From assembly GCA_947085565.1 (NCBI GenBank), contig CAMTWZ010000009.1, forward strand, positions 22,040 through 86,039: a stretch of 64,000 nucleotides of DNA, read 5' to 3'. This document shows, piece by piece, positions 1 through 8,810 of this stretch. The stretch is from an uncultured Bacteroidota bacterium (GTDB lineage Bacteria > Bacteroidota > Rhodothermia > Balneolales > HLUCCA01). The position numbers were made by a program, and so were the translations under genes. The notes beneath the pieces are model-generated. The model was given only the letters and a program-made list of their open reading frames with translations, made no database searches and had not been told where the DNA came from. Numbering within the stretch: the stretch's first letter is position 1; every line of letters begins with the position of its first letter.

Positions 1-48
1 CAAATCATGTAAGAACTTTGCATTTGCCTCCTCTATGATGATATCACC

Positions 49-438
49 ATGCAAGGAGACCGAATGCCAAGTCGCAATATTGAAACACTTGAGATTTATT
101 CATTATCTAAACGACTCAATATAGAGTCTTACCCACTGATACGTTCGATGAGTGATTTTTCGTATCGGGATCAGATGACAAGAAGCTGCTTATCTGTGGC
201 TTCAAATATCGCGGAGGGATATGGAAGGCGTAATCCAAATGCCTTTCGACTCTTTCTGGATTACGCCTTGGGATCTTTATTGGAGTTCCAAACTCAATTG
301 GAACTGGCTGTGGCCAATCGATTGATAAGAATCGAATCAGCCACTCCCTTATTCTTACTTGTCGACGAATTGATTCCCAAAATCATCAATTTCAGGAAAT
401 CTCTACCCAACAAACAACAAACCACCAACAACAAATGA
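49..438 (+). CDS. four-helix-bundle protein (23S rRNA intervening-sequence protein / S23p-like family)
   Basis: 129-aa ORF with an ATG start. The segment SVASNIAEGYGRRNPNAFRLFLDYALGSLLEFQTQLELA is the family signature as I remember it. The gene looks more AT-rich than its neighbours. Confidence 0.8.
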   Translation: MQGDRMPSRNIETLEIYSLSKRLNIESYPLIRSMSDFSYRDQMTRSCLSVASNIAEGYGRRNPNAFRLFLDYALGSLLEFQTQLELAVANRLIRIESATPLFLLVDELIPKIINFRKSLPNKQQTTNNK

Positions 439-1506
439 TTATGCGATGGTGATGGTCGGATCGAGATACACATCCTGAATCAGGTTCAGAATCTCAACGC
501 CTTCTTTCATCGGACGCTGGAAGGCTTTCCGCCCTGAGATCAGACCCATGCCACCTGCGCGTTTGTTGATGACCGCGGTTTTGGCCGCATCCGCGAAGTC
601 GTTGTCGCCGGAAGCGCCGCCCGAGTTGATTAAGCCTTGGCGACCCATGTAGCAGTTCGCCACTTGGTAACGGGTAAGGTCGATCGGGTGGTCGGAACTC
701 AGTTTGGTGTACATCCGCTCATCGAGTTTGCCGTACGAGGAACTGCCCGAGTTGATGGCTTTGTAGCCGCCGTTGTTTTCAGGGAGCTTCTGTTTGATGA
801 TATCGGCTTGGATGGTGACTCCCAAGTGGTTGGCTTGGCCGGTCAAGTCGGCAGACACGTGGTAATCCACTCCGCCCTGCTTGAACGCGTTGTTACGGGT
901 GTAGCACCATAGGATGGTCGCCATTCCCAGTTCGTGAGCGCGAGCGAAGGCATTGGCCACTTCGATGATCTGGCGGGTTGCGCCATCCGATCCGAAATAG
1001 ATGGTGGCTCCGATCGCGGCAGCACCCATGTTATAGGCGTCTTCGATGGTTCCGAACATGATCTGCTCGGCTTTGTTCGGGTAGGTCAGAAGTTCGTTAT
1101 GATTCACTTTCACGATGAAAGGAATCTTGTGAGCGTATTTGCGCGATACCGAGCCCAGCACGCCGAACGTGGAAGCCACACCATTGCAACCCGATTCAAG
1201 CGCCAATTTCACAATGTTTTCACTGTCGAAATAGATCGGGTTTTTTGCGAAGGAAGCTCCGGCGGAGTGTTCGATGCCTTGGTCAACCGGCAGAATGGAG
1301 AGATAACCGGTTCCGGCAAGGCGTCCGGATTGGAACAACCATTCCAGATTGTTCAATACCCGCTGATTGCGGTTGGATGTGCTGAAAATGCGATCCACAA
1401 AATCATTCCCAGGAAGATGGATGGATTCTTTCGGGATGGTGGTGCAGGTGTGGTCAAGCAGGTGCGACGCTTCCGCGCCTAATAGGGCTTCGATCGATTG
1501 GGACAT
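439..1506 (-). CDS. fbaB: class I fructose-bisphosphate aldolase (FbaB/DhnA type)
   Basis: Colinear with E. coli FbaB along its whole length ([57 protein letters not shown]). The track start at 1527 is a TTG. The ATG at 1506 ([10 protein letters not shown]) matches homolog N-termini. Confidence 0.93.
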   Translation of the reverse strand: MSQSIEALLGAEASHLLDHTCTTIPKESIHLPGNDFVDRIFSTSNRNQRVLNNLEWLFQSGRLAGTGYLSILPVDQGIEHSAGASFAKNPIYFDSENIVKLALESGCNGVASTFGVLGSVSRKYAHKIPFIVKVNHNELLTYPNKAEQIMFGTIEDAYNMGAAAIGATIYFGSDGATRQIIEVANAFARAHELGMATILWCYTRNNAFKQGGVDYHVSADLTGQANHLGVTIQADIIKQKLPENNGGYKAINSGSSSYGKLDERMYTKLSSDHPIDLTRYQVANCYMGRQGLINSGGASGDNDFADAAKTAVINKRAGGMGLISGRKAFQRPMKEGVEILNLIQDVYLDPTITIA

Positions 1507-1620
1507 ATACTTCCTCTGGTGTTTCAATGAATGTAGACCGTCGCATGAATATAATCAAATTCCTTCAAACCGTTGTTTTTTATCGGTATGGAAGCGTTTC
1601 CACGTAGTAAAATCAAGAAC

Positions 1621-1707
1621 GTAGGTCGTTACCGTAGGTCGTAGACAGTAGACAGTAGACAGTAGGTCGTGAAGATTCGGTCTACGGTCTACCATCTACG
1701 ATCTACG
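1621..1707. repeat. tandem heptanucleotide array: GTAGGTC/GTAGACA units followed by inverted GGTCTAC/CATCTAC/GATCTAC units
   Basis: Read directly: gtaggtc gttacc gtaggtc gtagaca gtagaca gtagaca gtaggtc gtgaaga ttc ggtctac ggtctac catctac gatctac. The two halves are inverted, so they can form a long imperfect hairpin. It lies in the divergent fbaB/dusB promoter region. Confidence 0.85.
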
Positions 1708-1718
1708 TATCTTTGCAT

Positions 1719-2693
1719 ATGAACATCGGCCCTATCCAACTCGGTGAAAAACCTGTCGTGCTCGCTCCCATGGAGGATGTGAGCGATTCCCCCTTCCGCC
1801 AGATGTGTAAAAAATTCGGCGCGGACGTGGTCTATACCGAATTCATTTCTTCGGAAGCGATGATCCGCGATGCTCCAAAATCGCTCTTCAAAATGGAATT
1901 CGAGGAGATGGAGCGTCCGTTCGGCATCCAGATCTTCGGCGGACGCGAAGAAGCCATGGCCGGAGCCGCACAGATCGCGGAAGCCAACAACCCGGACCTG
2001 GTCGACATCAATTTCGGATGTCCCGTCTACAAAGTGGTGAATAAAATGGCCGGTTCTGCCTGCCTTCGCGACCTCGGCATGATGGAGCGTATGGCCGGAA
2101 CGGTAGTGGATGCGGTCAAAACCAAACCTGTGACCGTCAAAACCCGCCTCGGTTGGGATGAGGCCACCATCAAGATCGATGAAGTGGCGCTGATGTTGCA
2201 ATCGGTGGGAATAAAAGCGTTGACCGTTCACGCGCGGACCCGTGCCCAAGGATATCAGGGATCAGCCCGATGGGAATATTTCAAAGTGTTGAAGAACACG
2301 AAAGGCTTGCATATCCCCATCATCGCCAACGGCGACATCACCACACCGGAGCATGTGAAAGACCTGTTCGACAATTATGGTGTGGATGGGGTCATGATCG
2401 GTCGTGCGGCGATCGGAAATCCTTGGATCTTCCGTGAAATCAAGCATTATCTGGCCACAGGCGAGCACCTCCCGCCTCCGTCAACAGAAGAGCGGTTTGA
2501 ACTGTGCGCCGAACATCTGCGCGCTTCCGTTGAACATCATGGCCAACGCAAAGGCGTGATCATGATGAAGAAGCAGTACGGCAATTATCTGAAGAACCTG
2601 CCCGGCGGCAAACAGCTCCGAATCGAGCTCATGCAGTACGATGAGAGCGGACCGATCTTGGAACGGTTGCTGAATGGGGTACCTCAAGTCTAA
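1719..2693 (+). CDS. dusB: tRNA-dihydrouridine synthase
   Basis: Dus family N-terminus (VVLAPMEDVSDSPFRQMC), an FMN-binding TIM-barrel pattern (INFGCP, VKTRLGWD, ANGDI) and a C-terminal helical domain. The track start at 1713 is a TTG, and the ATG at 1719 is more likely. Confidence 0.88.
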   Translation: MNIGPIQLGEKPVVLAPMEDVSDSPFRQMCKKFGADVVYTEFISSEAMIRDAPKSLFKMEFEEMERPFGIQIFGGREEAMAGAAQIAEANNPDLVDINFGCPVYKVVNKMAGSACLRDLGMMERMAGTVVDAVKTKPVTVKTRLGWDEATIKIDEVALMLQSVGIKALTVHARTRAQGYQGSARWEYFKVLKNTKGLHIPIIANGDITTPEHVKDLFDNYGVDGVMIGRAAIGNPWIFREIKHYLATGEHLPPPSTEERFELCAEHLRASVEHHGQRKGVIMMKKQYGNYLKNLPGGKQLRIELMQYDESGPILERLLNGVPQV

Positions 2694-2861
2694 ATGTTGA
2701 AGTTTGTACAGGACTGAAGGATGCGATCACCTTAGTCCTGTTCATGGTCTTCACCTTCCTCTTTTTCAAGAATGAGGCATTTAAAGTCAATCATCTGATC
2801 GGATTCGGGTTCCTGGTGCTGGCGGTGTACTTTATATTCAAGTAGTAGGAAGATCGCCGTG

Positions 2862-2903
2862 CCTTCCCCCTTCCTACTTCCTACTTACATCTTATTCCCT
2901 TCC
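2862..2903. repeat. tandem heptanucleotide array, six units near NCTTCCT
   Basis: ccttccc ccttcct acttcct acttaca tcttatt cccttcc, ending 2 nt before the dps ATG. An inverted gtaggaag lies upstream at about 2844-2851. Confidence 0.55.
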
Positions 2904-2905
2904 CC

Positions 2906-3373
2906 ATGAAATCCCACATCGCTCTCGACTCCGCTCAATCCGAAGCGCTCGCCAACAAACTCAATCATCTGTTGGCCGATTACCACCTGTTCTACATGAA
3001 CGTGCGCGGCTATCACTGGAACATCAAGGGACCCAAATTCTTCGAGCTGCATCTCAAGTTCGAGGAACTGTATACCGATCTCACGGTGAAGATCGATGAG
3101 GTGGCCGAACGCATCCTCACGCTGGGGTTCACTCCGTTGCATTCCTATTCCGACTTCATCAAAACCGCCGACATCATCGAGAAGAAAGACATCTCCGATG
3201 GGATGCTGGCGGTGAACGAAATCCTCGCCTCGTTCAAGATCCTGCTCGAAAAACAACGCGAAATCCTCAAACTTTCGGCAGAATCGGATGATGAAGGCAC
3301 CAATTCGCTGATGAGCGATTACATCACCGCGCAGGAGAAACTGGTGTGGATGTACCGCTCCTTCGCCGACTGA
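2906..3373 (+). CDS. dps: Dps family DNA-protection/ferritin-like protein
   Basis: 155 aa. LNHLLADYHLFYMNVRGYHWNIKGPKFFELHLKFEELY is the classic Dps ferroxidase-site region. Confidence 0.9.
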   Translation: MKSHIALDSAQSEALANKLNHLLADYHLFYMNVRGYHWNIKGPKFFELHLKFEELYTDLTVKIDEVAERILTLGFTPLHSYSDFIKTADIIEKKDISDGMLAVNEILASFKILLEKQREILKLSAESDDEGTNSLMSDYITAQEKLVWMYRSFAD

Positions 3374-3459
3374 GGGTCCGTAATCATACGTATTGACCTT
3401 CGTTTGATTTTTTCGCAACGTGTTGGCTTGCAATCACCTATCACTCAATCGGAGGTCTT

Positions 3460-3861
3460 ATGGAAAGCATCAACTATCTTGCTGTCTTAGTTTCAGCGGT
3501 CGCGGTATTCGGACTCGGTTCACTGTGGTACACCCCGATCCTGTTCGGGAATGTCTGGTTGAAGGAAGTGGGAATCACTCCGGATGAGGCCGAAAAAAGC
3601 AACATGGCGAAAACCTTCGGACTCGGATTCCTGTGCATCCTGCTCATGTGCCTGACCATGGCCATGTTCCTGCGCGATTCCGGTTACTCGGTCACGGAAG
3701 GCGCACGTTGGGGCACTTATGCCGGTTTCGGCTTGATGGGAGCCACAGTCGCACTTAACGCGGTTTATGAGAGCAAATCATTCTTGTATATCGCCATCAA
3801 CGCCGGGTACGTCACCATCGGAATGGCGATGGCCGGGGCGATACTGAGGGCGTGGGTTTAG
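3460..3861 (+). CDS. DUF1761 family membrane protein
   Basis: 133 aa with about 4 hydrophobic helices. The N-terminus INYLAVLVSAVAVFGLGSLWYTPILFGNVW resembles DUF1761. A GGAGG lies 5 nt upstream of the ATG. Confidence 0.6.
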   Translation: MESINYLAVLVSAVAVFGLGSLWYTPILFGNVWLKEVGITPDEAEKSNMAKTFGLGFLCILLMCLTMAMFLRDSGYSVTEGARWGTYAGFGLMGATVALNAVYESKSFLYIAINAGYVTIGMAMAGAILRAWV

Positions 3862-3899
3862 GAATTAACCTTGTTTCTTAACAGGGCAAATGCAGTTCT

Positions 3900-3991
3900 A
3901 ACAGGGAGCAACGGAGAAAGGGAGTTTTTTTCGGCGGGTACTGGCCAAGGCCTCCAAGAAACAATACTCCTTTTCTCCGTTGCTCCCTGTT
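3900..3991. repeat. palindromic intergenic element, copy A (25-bp stem, 42-nt loop)
   Basis: Left arm aacagggagcaacggagaaagggag (3900-3924). Right arm ctccttttctccgttgctccctgtt (3967-3991). They are complementary except for one G.T pair. It lies between the convergent DUF1761 gene and serS. A second copy is at 7776-7869. Confidence 0.85.
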
Positions 3992-4012
3992 AATTTTCTT
4001 ACTCCCTGTAAA

Positions 4013-5275
4013 TCACAGATACTCAGCCCCTAAGTACCCCTTCAGAACCTCAGGCACAAGGATGCGTCCGCTGGGCTCCTGGTACGTTTCCAGAATGGCC
4101 GACATCACGCGCGGTAGCGCGAGTCCGGAACCGTTCAAGGTGTGAACCAGTTGCGGCTTACCGTTCTCATCACGGTATCGGATCTTCATCCGCCGTGCCT
4201 GAAACGCTTCGAAATTGGAGCAGGAACTCACTTCCAACCAGCGTTTCTGTCCCGGGCTCCACACCTCGAGATCATACTTTTTCGTCTGTGTGAATCCCAT
4301 GTCGCCGGTGCACATGAACAGGGTGCGGTAATGCAAGCCGAGCGATTCCAACAATCCTTCCGCATCGCGGCGCAGCGATTCAAGCTCGTCATAACTCGTA
4401 TCCGGGTGAACGAGCTTCACCAATTCCACTTTGTCGAATTGGTGCAAGCGGTTCAAGCCGCGCACATCCTTGCCATAACTTCCCGCTTCACGACGCCAGC
4501 AGGGCGTGTAGGCGCAGTATTTCACGGGCAAAGAGCCTAAAATCTCATCGCGATGGAAGTTCGTGACCGGCACTTCCGCGGTCGGAATGGCGAAGAAGCC
4601 GTCACGGGGGACCGTGTACATCTGGTCTTCTTTATCGGGAATTTGTCCGGTGCCGCGCGCCGAATCCTCGTTCACGAAATACGGCGCCTGCAACTCCTGG
4701 TAGCCGTTTTTTGCGCCCTGATCCAGGAAATAATTGATGAGCGCACGTTGCAGCCGCGCGGCCGGACCCACATAAAAGGGAAAGCCGGCGCCCGTCACTT
4801 TCACGCCACGTTCGAAATCGATCCAGCCTAATTCCGACACCACATCCCAGTGCGGTTTGCGCCAGTTGTCGGTCAGCGCCTCGCCCCAAATGTGGACGGT
4901 CACATTATCATCGGGTGTGGACCCGACCGGAACCGATGTATGCGGGATGTTCGGAATGCGAAGCAACAGCTCGTTGCGCTCGAGTTCGGTGGCATCCACA
5001 GCCGCATCCAGCTCTTTGATCTTGTCTTTGGCGGCGGCGGTTTCGGCGATGATAACCTGCGCTTCTTCTTTTTTGCCCTGCGACATGAGCTGGCCAACGG
5101 ACTTCGCCCGGGCGTTGCTCTCATTGCGAAGCTGATCGGCATCGCTTTTCAGCTTGCGCCAGGTTTCGTCGATACCGAGCACCTGATCCACGATCGCGGT
5201 CTCTTTTTCGCCTTTGTTCAGCATGCCTTGCTTAACCAAGGCGGTATTCTCACGGATGAAATGGATGTCGAGCAT
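4013..5275 (-). CDS. serS: seryl-tRNA synthetase
   Basis: 420 aa. N-terminal coiled-coil arm ([14 protein letters not shown]) and a class II core (FRREAGSYGKDVRGLNRLHQFDKVE, TLNGSGLALPR). Confidence 0.95.
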   Translation of the reverse strand: MLDIHFIRENTALVKQGMLNKGEKETAIVDQVLGIDETWRKLKSDADQLRNESNARAKSVGQLMSQGKKEEAQVIIAETAAAKDKIKELDAAVDATELERNELLLRIPNIPHTSVPVGSTPDDNVTVHIWGEALTDNWRKPHWDVVSELGWIDFERGVKVTGAGFPFYVGPAARLQRALINYFLDQGAKNGYQELQAPYFVNEDSARGTGQIPDKEDQMYTVPRDGFFAIPTAEVPVTNFHRDEILGSLPVKYCAYTPCWRREAGSYGKDVRGLNRLHQFDKVELVKLVHPDTSYDELESLRRDAEGLLESLGLHYRTLFMCTGDMGFTQTKKYDLEVWSPGQKRWLEVSSCSNFEAFQARRMKIRYRDENGKPQLVHTLNGSGLALPRVMSAILETYQEPSGRILVPEVLKGYLGAEYL

Positions 5276-7710
5276 TAGTTGACTACGATATTGATGATGC
5301 GTTTGGGCACGAAAATCTCTTTGACGATAGTGCCGGTCTCCAGATAGCGTCGCGCGCCGGGCTCGGCCTTGGCCAGCTCCATCACGAAGGCTTTGTCTTC
5401 GGCTCTATCGGCCGGTACAGTGAGTTCGGCTCTGACCTTACCGTTGATTTGCACCGCATAGGTGAACGTGTCTGACACGAGGAACGACGCGTCCCAACTC
5501 GGCCATGCATGGTAGGCGAGTGTATCGGAATGGCCGAGGCGATGCCACAGTTCCTCCGCCATATGCGGGGCGAACGGACTCAGCAACAGCACGAAGGTCT
5601 CCATCATGCTGCGTGGACGCACATCCCACTTCATCGCCTCATTATTGAAAATCATGAGTTGGGAGATGGCGGTGTTGTACCGGCCGTTCTCGATATCCTC
5701 GGTCACTTTTTTGATGGTTTCATGAAGCACCTTGAGTTGATCGCGGGTAGGTTCGATATCCCTCAACTCATCCGCCAAACGGTCTTCGAATTCGTGATGG
5801 AATACGCGCCAGGTGCGTTTCAAGAAGCGGAATACGCCCTCCACCCCGTTCATGCTCCATGGCTTGACCTGCTCCAACGGACCCATGAACATCTCATACA
5901 AACGCAACGAATCGGCGCCGTACTGCTTCACCACATCGTCCGGATTGATGACGTTGCCGCGCGACTTGGACATCTTCTGATTGTCCTCACCAAGAATCAT
6001 CCCTTGGTTCACGAGCTTCTGGAAGGGCTCCTTGGTGCTCACCACGCCGATGTCGTACAGCACTTTGTGCCAAAAACGGGCATACAAGAGGTGAAGCACT
6101 GCGTGCTCGGCACCTCCGACATACATATCGACCGGCATCCAGAACTTCTCGCGGGCCGGGTCGACCGGACCCAGTTCGTAATCCGGGCTGATGTACCGCA
6201 GATAATACCAGCACGAGCCGGCCCATTGCGGCATCGTGTTCGTTTCGCGGAGCGCGGGTTTTCCTGTTTTCGGATCGGTCGTGTTCACCCAATCGGTGAT
6301 GACGGCCAAAGGCGAATCGCCGGTTCCGCTCGGCTCATATTTCTCTACCTCGGGTAACAGCAGAGGAAGCTCGGACTCATCCAAGGGCTGCACCACCCCG
6401 TCCACATGCAGTAGAGGAATGGGCTCGCCCCAGTAACGCTGGCGAGAGAACAGCCAATCGCGCAGCTTGTAATTGACGGTTCCGTTGCCCTTGCCTTGCT
6501 CTTCTAGCCAGGAAATCATCGCCGTCTTAGCCTCTTTCACACTCATTCCGTTCAGGAATCCGGAATTCACGGCCACTCCTTTTTCGGAATCGGTGAACGC
6601 TTCCTTCTGGACATCTCCGCCGGAGACGACTTCCACAATCGGAAGTCCGAATTGCTTGGCGAATTCCCAGTCGCGCACGTCGTGACCCGGAACCGACATG
6701 ATCGCGCCGGTTCCATAAGAAATCAGCACATAATCAGCGATCCAGACCGGGACTTCCTCCCCGTTCGCCGGATTGATCGCATAACCGCCAGTAAAAACAC
6801 CGGTTTTTTCTTTCACATCTCCGGTGCGATCCAGATCCGATTTGCGCGCGGCTTCATCGACATAGGCATCCACCGCGGCTTTCTGTGCCGGAGTGGTGAT
6901 GAGATTCACGAGCGGATGTTCCGGCGCCAGAACCATGTAGGTGGCACCGAACAGAGTATCTGGACGTGTGGAAAACACCGTGACCGACGCATCCACCCCT
7001 TTGAGCTGAAACACGATGTCGGCACCGATCGACTTCCCGATCCAATTTCGCTGCATCTCTTTGACGGATTCGGGCCAGTCCAATCCGTCCAAATCTTCCA
7101 ATAAGCGCTCTGCGAAAAGCGTAATACGCAGCATCCATTGGCGCATCGGGCGGCGGATCACCGGGAATCCGCCTACTTCCGACTTCCCGTCGATCACTTC
7201 CTCGTTGGCCAGAACGGTTCCCAATTCAGGGCACCAGTTCACCGCCACATGCGATTCGTACGCCAAACCTTGTTTGTAAAGCTGAAGGAAGATCCACTGA
7301 GTCCAGCGGAAATACGCCGGATCGGTGGTGTCGACTTCCCGATCCCAATCGTAACTGAAACCGAGCATCTGCAACTGCTCGCGGAAGGTCTTGATGTTGG
7401 CTTGCGTGGTCGCGGCCGGATGGGTTCCGGTTTTGACGGCATGCTGCTCGGCAGGAAGTCCGAATGCGTCCCACCCGATCGGATGCAACACGTTGAAACC
7501 CTTCATGCGCTTGTACCGGGCTACGATATCAGTCGCGGTGTAGCCTTCGGGGTGACCCACATGCAAACCCGATCCGCTCGGATACGGAAACATGTCCAAC
7601 ACGTAGAATTTAGGACGTGACGTGTCGGTGTCGTTGGTTTTGAAAATCTTGTTCGAAACCCAGAAGTTCTGCCACTTGGGCTCGATCTGGGACGGTTTGT
7701 AATCGCTCAT
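5275..7710 (-). CDS. leuS: leucyl-tRNA synthetase
   Basis: Class I motifs HVGHPEGY (HIGH) and KMSKSRGN (KMSKS), plus a CP1 editing domain. The track start at 7749 is a GTG. The ATG at 7710 ([14 protein letters not shown]) fits LeuRS N-termini. The stop overlaps the serS ATG by 1 nt. Confidence 0.95.
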   Translation of the reverse strand: MSDYKPSQIEPKWQNFWVSNKIFKTNDTDTSRPKFYVLDMFPYPSGSGLHVGHPEGYTATDIVARYKRMKGFNVLHPIGWDAFGLPAEQHAVKTGTHPAATTQANIKTFREQLQMLGFSYDWDREVDTTDPAYFRWTQWIFLQLYKQGLAYESHVAVNWCPELGTVLANEEVIDGKSEVGGFPVIRRPMRQWMLRITLFAERLLEDLDGLDWPESVKEMQRNWIGKSIGADIVFQLKGVDASVTVFSTRPDTLFGATYMVLAPEHPLVNLITTPAQKAAVDAYVDEAARKSDLDRTGDVKEKTGVFTGGYAINPANGEEVPVWIADYVLISYGTGAIMSVPGHDVRDWEFAKQFGLPIVEVVSGGDVQKEAFTDSEKGVAVNSGFLNGMSVKEAKTAMISWLEEQGKGNGTVNYKLRDWLFSRQRYWGEPIPLLHVDGVVQPLDESELPLLLPEVEKYEPSGTGDSPLAVITDWVNTTDPKTGKPALRETNTMPQWAGSCWYYLRYISPDYELGPVDPAREKFWMPVDMYVGGAEHAVLHLLYARFWHKVLYDIGVVSTKEPFQKLVNQGMILGEDNQKMSKSRGNVINPDDVVKQYGADSLRLYEMFMGPLEQVKPWSMNGVEGVFRFLKRTWRVFHHEFEDRLADELRDIEPTRDQLKVLHETIKKVTEDIENGRYNTAISQLMIFNNEAMKWDVRPRSMMETFVLLLSPFAPHMAEELWHRLGHSDTLAYHAWPSWDASFLVSDTFTYAVQINGKVRAELTVPADRAEDKAFVMELAKAEPGARRYLETGTIVKEIFVPKRIINIVVN

Positions 7711-7775
7711 GGTCTGGAAAAGGAGTAATCCGGAAGTTACGGATTTCACAGGGAGTGTATTACAGGAGTGTTTTC

Positions 7776-7869
7776 ACAGGGAGCAACGGAGCAAAGGAGT
7801 TTTGTTATTTGGGGAAACCTTGGCCAGTGCCCGCCAAGAACACATCTCCTTTTCTCCTTTGCTCCCTGT
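7776..7869. repeat. palindromic intergenic element, copy B
   Basis: Left arm acagggagcaacggagcaaaggag (7776-7799). Right arm ctccttttctcctttgctccctgt (7846-7869), 22/24 complementary. The loop shares ttggcca..gcc..ccaagaa.ca with copy A. It lies between the LuxC-like stop and the leuS start. Confidence 0.8.
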
Positions 7870-7877
7870 TAGAATGC

Positions 7878-8810
7878 TTAATCCCTGTTCGCTCCTTGTA
7901 ATAGCCACTCAATCACATCCACCCCATCAGGTTTCCAATCCACGCCCGGGGTTTGCGCCTGCGAGAGCGGCTCCCATCGCTCCCCATCGATGATTTCCGT
8001 TGTGAAATACAGTTGCTGCAAGCCATCGCCGAGTTCTTCGGCATGTTGCAGCATCATATTTCTGTCCGCTTGTTTCCATACCACGGCGTCATCGTCGTCC
8101 CAAAGCGGATCGGTGTCCGACACCAGCAATTTGCCGACTTGCAAGAAATCATGTCCGATGCTCTTCAGGTAGGCGGACCGGTACACATTCCTTGGAAACA
8201 ACTCCCTGTCTGCAAAACCGGTGGATGCGGACTTCAACGCCTCTTTCGCATCGCCGAATGAGTACGGCGAATAGACATAGCGCACGGAACGGCATCCTTG
8301 TCCGTCGTAACGGGCGATGCCTTCGGCCAAGTCCGACATCGTCTTCGAATCCAGTGAATCGACCCAAGCCATCGAGGTATGCGCCGTGCGGATGAGATAG
8401 CGCGTGTGTTCGTGTACGGCGCCAAGGTCTTTCAAGCGCTCCATCACGACGGGCACACTGTCGGATGACCCCGAAAAAAGCACGGCATCTGCGCGGAGAT
8501 CTCGGAAATCGTCGAGGGAGGTGGACATGAGTGGCGTATGCATGGGCGCATCACTGATGCGCCCATGCATGCGCCCCTCGATCCATTCCCTCAAATACGG
8601 ATCCTTCTTCGACAACTTTCCCGCGTAGCGGTGCCCCGCCCGAGCCACCGACACCACATCGTGCCAGCCCACAAGGGGGAGATTTCCGGCGTGGAGGCAT
8701 AAGACCGTTTTAGGTGCGAAGTGAGAGGTGATAAGCGGAATGTCCGCTCTGGGTGACTTGCTTCTCACATCGCTCATCGCACGTTTCACGTCTTCAGGAT
8801 GAAACCCCAT
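7878..8810 (-). CDS. LuxC-like acyl-CoA reductase family protein
   Basis: LHAGNLPLVGWHDVVSVARAGHRYAGKLSKKDPYL and DGQGCRS resemble Bacteroidota LuxC-family (PF05893-like) proteins. The preferred ATG at 8810 overlaps the upstream stop (ATGA). The track start at 8930 adds an Arg/Pro-rich extension. Confidence 0.65.
   Translation of the reverse strand: MGFHPEDVKRAMSDVRSKSPRADIPLITSHFAPKTVLCLHAGNLPLVGWHDVVSVARAGHRYAGKLSKKDPYLREWIEGRMHGRISDAPMHTPLMSTSLDDFRDLRADAVLFSGSSDSVPVVMERLKDLGAVHEHTRYLIRTAHTSMAWVDSLDSKTMSDLAEGIARYDGQGCRSVRYVYSPYSFGDAKEALKSASTGFADRELFPRNVYRSAYLKSIGHDFLQVGKLLVSDTDPLWDDDDAVVWKQADRNMMLQHAEELGDGLQQLYFTTEIIDGERWEPLSQAQTPGVDWKPDGVDVIEWLLQGANRD

Noticed and set aside
1621-1707. Whether the repeat arrays could be CRISPR arrays
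   Set aside because: The units are 7 nt with no unique spacers, and no cas genes are present in the window.
5509-6357. 282-aa ORF antisense to leuS
   Set aside because: It lies opposite a full-length LeuRS with HIGH and KMSKS motifs and has an atypical composition.
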